31,351 nucleotides of DNA, taken from the sequence record SRR31156797_6884; one strand, given 5' to 3'. The notes beneath the pieces are model-generated. The model was not told where the DNA came from and made no database searches. It worked only from the letters and a program-made list of their open reading frames with translations. Position 1 is the stretch's first letter, and every line of letters starts with the position of its first letter. This document shows positions 26,996 through 31,351 of this stretch, one piece after another. The position numbers and the translations under genes were made by a program.

Positions 26996-27904
26996 TTACA
27001 GACCGATAGAACCTTCCATATCAGCGATCATCTGCTCTGTCGCAGTCACGCCTGAAATTGAGAGATACCATGCATTAAGGTCAAGAAACGCAATATTATT
27101 GTTCTTATACGCTTGAGTGGCTTTGATTAAATCGTTATCAAACTCTTTACGCGCTTTATCGCTTTCACTGTTGGTCAGTTTGTCACGGTCAATCACCAAC
27201 AGGACTTTTGGATCGTGTTGACGAATGAACTCATAAGAGATTAGGTCACCATGACGGCTATTTTTGCTTACCTGCACAGACTGGTTAAAGCCAAAGTCTT
27301 TGTAAATCGCAGAGAAACGAGAATCAGCGCCAAATGTCGTGATATTGCCACCATTACTCATCACTGTCATCGCGTCCAACTTGTTGTTTTGGTTGTATGC
27401 TTTAACAGTCTTGAACTGGTTATCCAACTGCTCAATTTTTTCGTCGACTTTCGCTTCAATATCAAAAACTTTACCTAGATTCTTCCACTGCTCCTGAGTA
27501 CTTTCCCAGTAGCCTTTGTCTGCATCCACAGCAAAGACAATCGTCGGTGCAATTTTAGATAGCTCGTCATAGCTGGTGGCAGCACGAGGACCAGTTAAGA
27601 TCAGATCTGGCTTTAATGTGTAAATTTTTTCGAAATCTGGTTCAAACAGCGAACCCGCAGCCGCGTATTTTTCGCCTTTGTATTTTTCTAAATAAGACGG
27701 AATTTGCGGTACTTTAGAGATAGCAACAGGATCTATACCAAAACTATCAATAGCATCAAGAACGCCAAGGCCAATCACAACAACTCGCTGAGGCTTTTGC
27801 TCAAGAGTGGTTTCACCCATGTTGTGTTCAATCGTTACTGTTGCTGCGTGAGCAGATAAAGAGGCGAAAATTCCGATAGTCGCCAAGCCAATACGTGTTT
27901 TCAT
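26996..27904 (-). CDS. vctP: Periplasmic siderophore-binding protein
   Basis: Signal peptide MKTRIG...SAHA-A; PQRVVV, GSLFEPDFEKI, LSKIAPT, RHGDLISYE, WYL motifs of FatB/CeuE/VctP; ATG 27904. Confidence 0.88.
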   Translation of the reverse strand: MKTRIGLATIGIFASLSAHAATVTIEHNMGETTLEQKPQRVVVIGLGVLDAIDSFGIDPVAISKVPQIPSYLEKYKGEKYAAAGSLFEPDFEKIYTLKPDLILTGPRAATSYDELSKIAPTIVFAVDADKGYWESTQEQWKNLGKVFDIEAKVDEKIEQLDNQFKTVKAYNQNNKLDAMTVMSNGGNITTFGADSRFSAIYKDFGFNQSVQVSKNSRHGDLISYEFIRQHDPKVLLVIDRDKLTNSESDKARKEFDNDLIKATQAYKNNNIAFLDLNAWYLSISGVTATEQMIADMEGSIGL

Positions 27905-27921
27905 AGTTTCCCTGTATATCA

Positions 27922-27952
27922 TTGAGAAAATCATTGATAATTATTCTTATTA
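27922..27952. promoter_or_regulatory. Fur box(es) upstream of vctP
   Basis: TTGAGAAAATCATTGATAATTATTCTTATT, overlapping GATAAT-type hexamers. Confidence 0.7.
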
Positions 27953-27963
27953 AGATTTTGGGT

Positions 27964-27992
27964 ACTATAACGATACAAATCCGTGTTGGCAA
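27964..27992 (-). promoter_or_regulatory. Sigma70 promoter of vctPDGC
   Basis: Minus strand TTGCCA-N17-TATAGT, just upstream of the Fur box. Confidence 0.7.
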
Positions 27993-28062
27993 CCTGATAA
28001 ATAGGATAAAAATTAATATGCTAGATGCTTTCGAAACAGTTCAAATTTAAGTCAACAAAAGC

Positions 28063-28821
28063 TTATATTTTATAAACACAACTATTCATCGATTCAATAT
28101 GAGTAACAGTTTGCGGGGCAACCGCTTCCCACCCTGGTTCAGAGGCTAACGGTTCAGAAGCAAGAACGGTACTTCCCGGCTGTTGCTTAATAAAAACGGT
28201 TGGGGGCAACTGATCGGAACTGTAGCGCACAAGCCAAAATTGCTGACCATCAGATAGACAGATTGAGGCTTTAAAGGGCTCAGTTACCGCTTTTTTAATC
28301 ATTGCCTGTTCAATATCATCAATGGTTTTTCGAATGGCGGAAATGGGATGCTGGAACAAACCGTTCATGATCATCAATAAAAAAATCAGTTCACTGTCGG
28401 TACTGCCTCGCTGCTGAAGATAAATATCTTCCGGCAACAGACGTTCAAGCAGGTACTTAACTTTGTCAAACTCACCAATTTGGCCGTTGTGCAAAAACAT
28501 CCAATTATTAATGATGAAAGGATGACAGTTGCTGCGGGAAACCTGACTGCCAGTGGATGAACGAACATGCGCCATAAAGCGGTGAGAACGAATATGATGC
28601 GCCAAAGAGCGGAGGTTTTCATCTCCCCAAGCGGGCAACACTTCGTGAAACTGCCCTGGAGTCGAACGCTCGGTATACCAGCCAATTCCAAAACCATCAG
28701 CATTAACTTTAGCAACGGTTTTTCGAGCCTGAATACTTTGATGAACTAAAGAGTGTTCAGGATGATAGATAAGTTGATCAAGATAGATAGGTTCACCTTG
28801 ATACGCGAGCCAACGACACAT
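28063..28821 (-). CDS. Class II (Ntn) glutamine amidotransferase, EgtC/YafJ/DUG3-like
   Basis: N-terminal MCRW (nucleophilic Cys2), NADGFGIGWY, AHVRSST, NCHPF, FLHNG, GSTDSE. Confidence 0.9.
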   Translation of the reverse strand: MCRWLAYQGEPIYLDQLIYHPEHSLVHQSIQARKTVAKVNADGFGIGWYTERSTPGQFHEVLPAWGDENLRSLAHHIRSHRFMAHVRSSTGSQVSRSNCHPFIINNWMFLHNGQIGEFDKVKYLLERLLPEDIYLQQRGSTDSELIFLLMIMNGLFQHPISAIRKTIDDIEQAMIKKAVTEPFKASICLSDGQQFWLVRYSSDQLPPTVFIKQQPGSTVLASEPLASEPGWEAVAPQTVTHIESMNSCVYKI

Positions 28822-28955
28822 AAAGCATAAAATCCTTTTAACAGAGCCCCATAGGTTACTGTTAATAAATCACGAAAGAGTTTGGCTTGCAATAAGAGCT
28901 TTAAAGCGAAAGAACCCTTGGTATGACAAGGCTGGGGTATTCAACAATCACTCGC

Positions 28956-28985
28956 CCAGCATAAGACAGGATCATCTTACGCTGG
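28956..28985 (-). terminator. Hairpin downstream of the MCP gene
   Basis: CCAGC-ATAAGA...TCTTAC-GCTGG stem just after the stop. Confidence 0.5.
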
Positions 28986-28992
28986 ACAGATG

Positions 28993-30993
28993 TTAATGCA
29001 GCTTAAACTGCGCCATTTCACTATTTAGTTCGGAAACTTGGTCACGAACTTGAAGCGAAGTGTGGTTCGCACTTTGGCTGATGCTATCAACATCTTTCAT
29101 TGATTGGCTGACGTTGTGCATATGTTCAGTAATCAACTGAGTGGCTTGCGACTGCTGATTGGCCGCTGCGGCAAGTTGCAGCATTTGCTCATTCAGTGCC
29201 GAGATTTGATCGGTAGAACTGACCAGTTTCACTACCGCTTCTTCAATATGATCTGACCCCTGCTCCGCCATATCTTGGCTACGCTTTATCTCTTTCACCA
29301 CCGAACTGGTTGCCGTTTGAATCGCATTAACAATGCTGTTAATTTCCGTAGTCGACTGGGTAGTACGCGAAGCCAACATACGAACTTCATCCGCGACCAC
29401 AGCAAAGCCTCGTCCAGCTTCACCCGCACGTGCAGATTCAATCGCCGCGTTCAATGCCAATAAATTAGTTTGCTCTGCTAGCCCTTCAATCACTTCAGTT
29501 ACTTTACCAATCGCTTGGCTTTCCTGATTGAGCTTTTCTACTAATCCATTGGTCACTTCGATAGCCTGATGCAGCGACGCCATAGTCTGTTTATTTTTCT
29601 CTAGCGACTCTCGGCCCAAAGTCATTTCATGCTGGCTCTCTGACAAAGTTTCCACCGAACGCTGTGCCTGAACTAAAGTGTGCTGAGTTGAAGCAACCAC
29701 TTCCTCCAGCTCTGAGTCCATCTGCTCAATGCTTTGTTCCTGATTTTTAACCTGACTTAAGGTCTGTTGGCTTGAGCTCAGCAATGCATCCATACTGGCG
29801 TTCACTTGATCGGCTTTATGAGTCACCCCTGACACGATACTTGCCAGAGATTGATTCATCCTATTGATGGAGACAGTCAACGCCGACAGTTCGTCACTAC
29901 CTTGTACTGCCAAAGGTTGTTGAGAAACATCGCCAGACGCAATCCGTTGTGCACGCTCTGAAAGTTGAGCCACACGGCGGCCTATACTACGCCCCATGTA
30001 GGTCGACACGACCAGTGAAGCCGTGATCACCAGAACCAACGCTACAATTAAAATCGTCAACACCTGTTGAATCGATTGGTTAATACCTTCACCACTTTTG
30101 TCAGCGGTATTTTGCTGCGCGATAACCACAGATTCTAAACTGGTATCAAGCTGCTCTGCCGCCGGAACAAGCGTATTGGCCATCTCTTGATTCACATAGT
30201 TCCAATCTGCAGACTGACGCAAAGCAATGGTTTGCTCTGCCAGTGGAAAGTAGAGTTGCTGCATCTCTTTAAACAGATCCCACAGAGATTTATCATCATC
30301 ATTAAGCAAACCAATTTTACTCTCGATCTCACTAACAGAGCTATTGTGAGAAACAATAAAATCTTGATACTTGGTCAAATAATCTGGGTTACCGTATAAA
30401 AGAAAATCTCGCATTGCTGACAAAGCGTTAGCTAAAGAGTTATAGCTGTCGGCATACACCTTGAATAAGCGCTTACGCTCTTCACCTTCTTTGTTTGATG
30501 ATTCAGCGTTAATTAGCCCTTGTATTTGATCAAGAGCCACTTCTGCTATCGGCGCGGCTTCATTGGTAAAAAGGTTATGCGCGGGCAAGTTTTCTGGCGT
30601 ATGGGTCATCTCGACAATTTTGGCCACTGACTCTTTGACCACTTGCCACTGTTGAACAATCGTTTGGTAGTCTTGTGGATCAATCAAACTCTCTAAAACA
30701 GGCAATGATTGATCCGTTTGACCAATAATATTGTCTATCTTCGCTTTTAATTGCTCACCGGTTTGTTCATCACTGCCCAGCAACATATAGGAGCGCACGG
30801 TAGAAAGCGTGGCTTGAATGGATTGTTGAACCGCACGCGAAGTATCAACCGTAGGCAGGTCAGACTCCAGTAGTGAGTTGGTATGTGTCTCTAACACCGA
30901 GACATTTTGATAAGTTACGGCAGCAGAGACCGTAAAAAGAGCAGCCAACAGTAAAAAACTTAACTGCAACTTCCCTGATATCGTCAGCTTCAT
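28993..30993 (-). CDS. Methyl-accepting chemotaxis protein
   Basis: Two TM helices around a large helical periplasmic domain; HAMP (GSDELSAL); signalling tip [36 protein letters not shown] 30993 with AGGAG upstream. Confidence 0.95.
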   Translation of the reverse strand: MKLTISGKLQLSFLLLAALFTVSAAVTYQNVSVLETHTNSLLESDLPTVDTSRAVQQSIQATLSTVRSYMLLGSDEQTGEQLKAKIDNIIGQTDQSLPVLESLIDPQDYQTIVQQWQVVKESVAKIVEMTHTPENLPAHNLFTNEAAPIAEVALDQIQGLINAESSNKEGEERKRLFKVYADSYNSLANALSAMRDFLLYGNPDYLTKYQDFIVSHNSSVSEIESKIGLLNDDDKSLWDLFKEMQQLYFPLAEQTIALRQSADWNYVNQEMANTLVPAAEQLDTSLESVVIAQQNTADKSGEGINQSIQQVLTILIVALVLVITASLVVSTYMGRSIGRRVAQLSERAQRIASGDVSQQPLAVQGSDELSALTVSINRMNQSLASIVSGVTHKADQVNASMDALLSSSQQTLSQVKNQEQSIEQMDSELEEVVASTQHTLVQAQRSVETLSESQHEMTLGRESLEKNKQTMASLHQAIEVTNGLVEKLNQESQAIGKVTEVIEGLAEQTNLLALNAAIESARAGEAGRGFAVVADEVRMLASRTTQSTTEINSIVNAIQTATSSVVKEIKRSQDMAEQGSDHIEEAVVKLVSSTDQISALNEQMLQLAAAANQQSQATQLITEHMHNVSQSMKDVDSISQSANHTSLQVRDQVSELNSEMAQFKLH

Positions 30994-31141
30994 CCTTGAG
31001 CTCCTATACAACATTTCACGAAACTATAACGTCATTTTAAACTTATCAACACGAAATATTGTATCCGACGGTTTTTTTGATTAAAAATCACACAAAAATA
31101 GCAAAATAGTGCAGATTATCACTGCTTCAAAGCGGTATCGG

Positions 31142-31351
31142 CTACACAGCGTAATCGACAGCAAGTGGCAAAATAACCCCCATCATAAAAACCACTCGGG
31201 TAAGATTTGAACAGCGAAAATGGATCAAAATAGGTGCAGCAACGAACAGAGTAATCAATACAAAATTGATATCGATAGAAGTGAAGAAATAGCATGCGCA
31301 CAGCACGCCAGCTAAAGCAAGCAAGGCAGAAACAGGAACGTGTATTTTTTT
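31142..31351 (-). CDS. Small hydrophobic membrane protein, 5' end outside window
   Basis: Frame open to the window edge: KKIHVPVSALLALAGVLCACYFF...VILPLAVDYAV*; strongly hydrophobic. Confidence 0.6.
   Translation of the reverse strand, partial: KKIHVPVSALLALAGVLCACYFFTSIDINFVLITLFVAAPILIHFRCSNLTRVVFMMGVILPLAVDYAV

Noticed and set aside
1..31351. Remaining nested or antisense ORFs; search for CRISPR arrays, tRNA/rRNA, IS elements, integrase, prophage or defence genes
   Set aside because: The nested ORFs are shadows of well-supported genes; no regularly spaced repeats, structural RNA genes or recombinase/transposase motifs were seen by eye.

Overview
Bacterial chromosomal DNA, most consistent with a Vibrio species and probably chromosome II, judged by the stand-alone ackA paralogue, a DUF5062-like gene and the vctA-vctR-vctPDGC catechol-siderophore uptake locus. 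The left end holds the 3' part of a cytoplasmic multi-flavin enoate reductase (FMN_red + FMN_bind + FAD_binding_2), an MsbA-like ABC half-transporter and a DnaQ-like exonuclease. From about 4.9 to 18.7 kb lies a patchwork of small accessory genes: GNATs, a PAS-GGDEF cyclase, a secreted metzincin, a PtsJ-like regulator opposite a DapA-like aldolase, CsaA, AraC, an ABM-ACT-ArsR operon, LysR with a nitrilase, and NIPSNAP. Several show signs of decay or possible eroded integron attC ends. The right half holds a YehS-like gene, ackA, the vct locus with Fur boxes, a class II glutamine amidotransferase, an MCP and a partial small membrane protein. Features missing from the ORF track include a 2-nt frameshift near the start of vctD, an unannotated GNAT pseudogene, a possible frameshift at the start of the cyclase, and several candidate operators. 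No rRNA, tRNA, CRISPR array, transposase or integrase was seen. All family assignments come from motif recognition by eye, not database searches.
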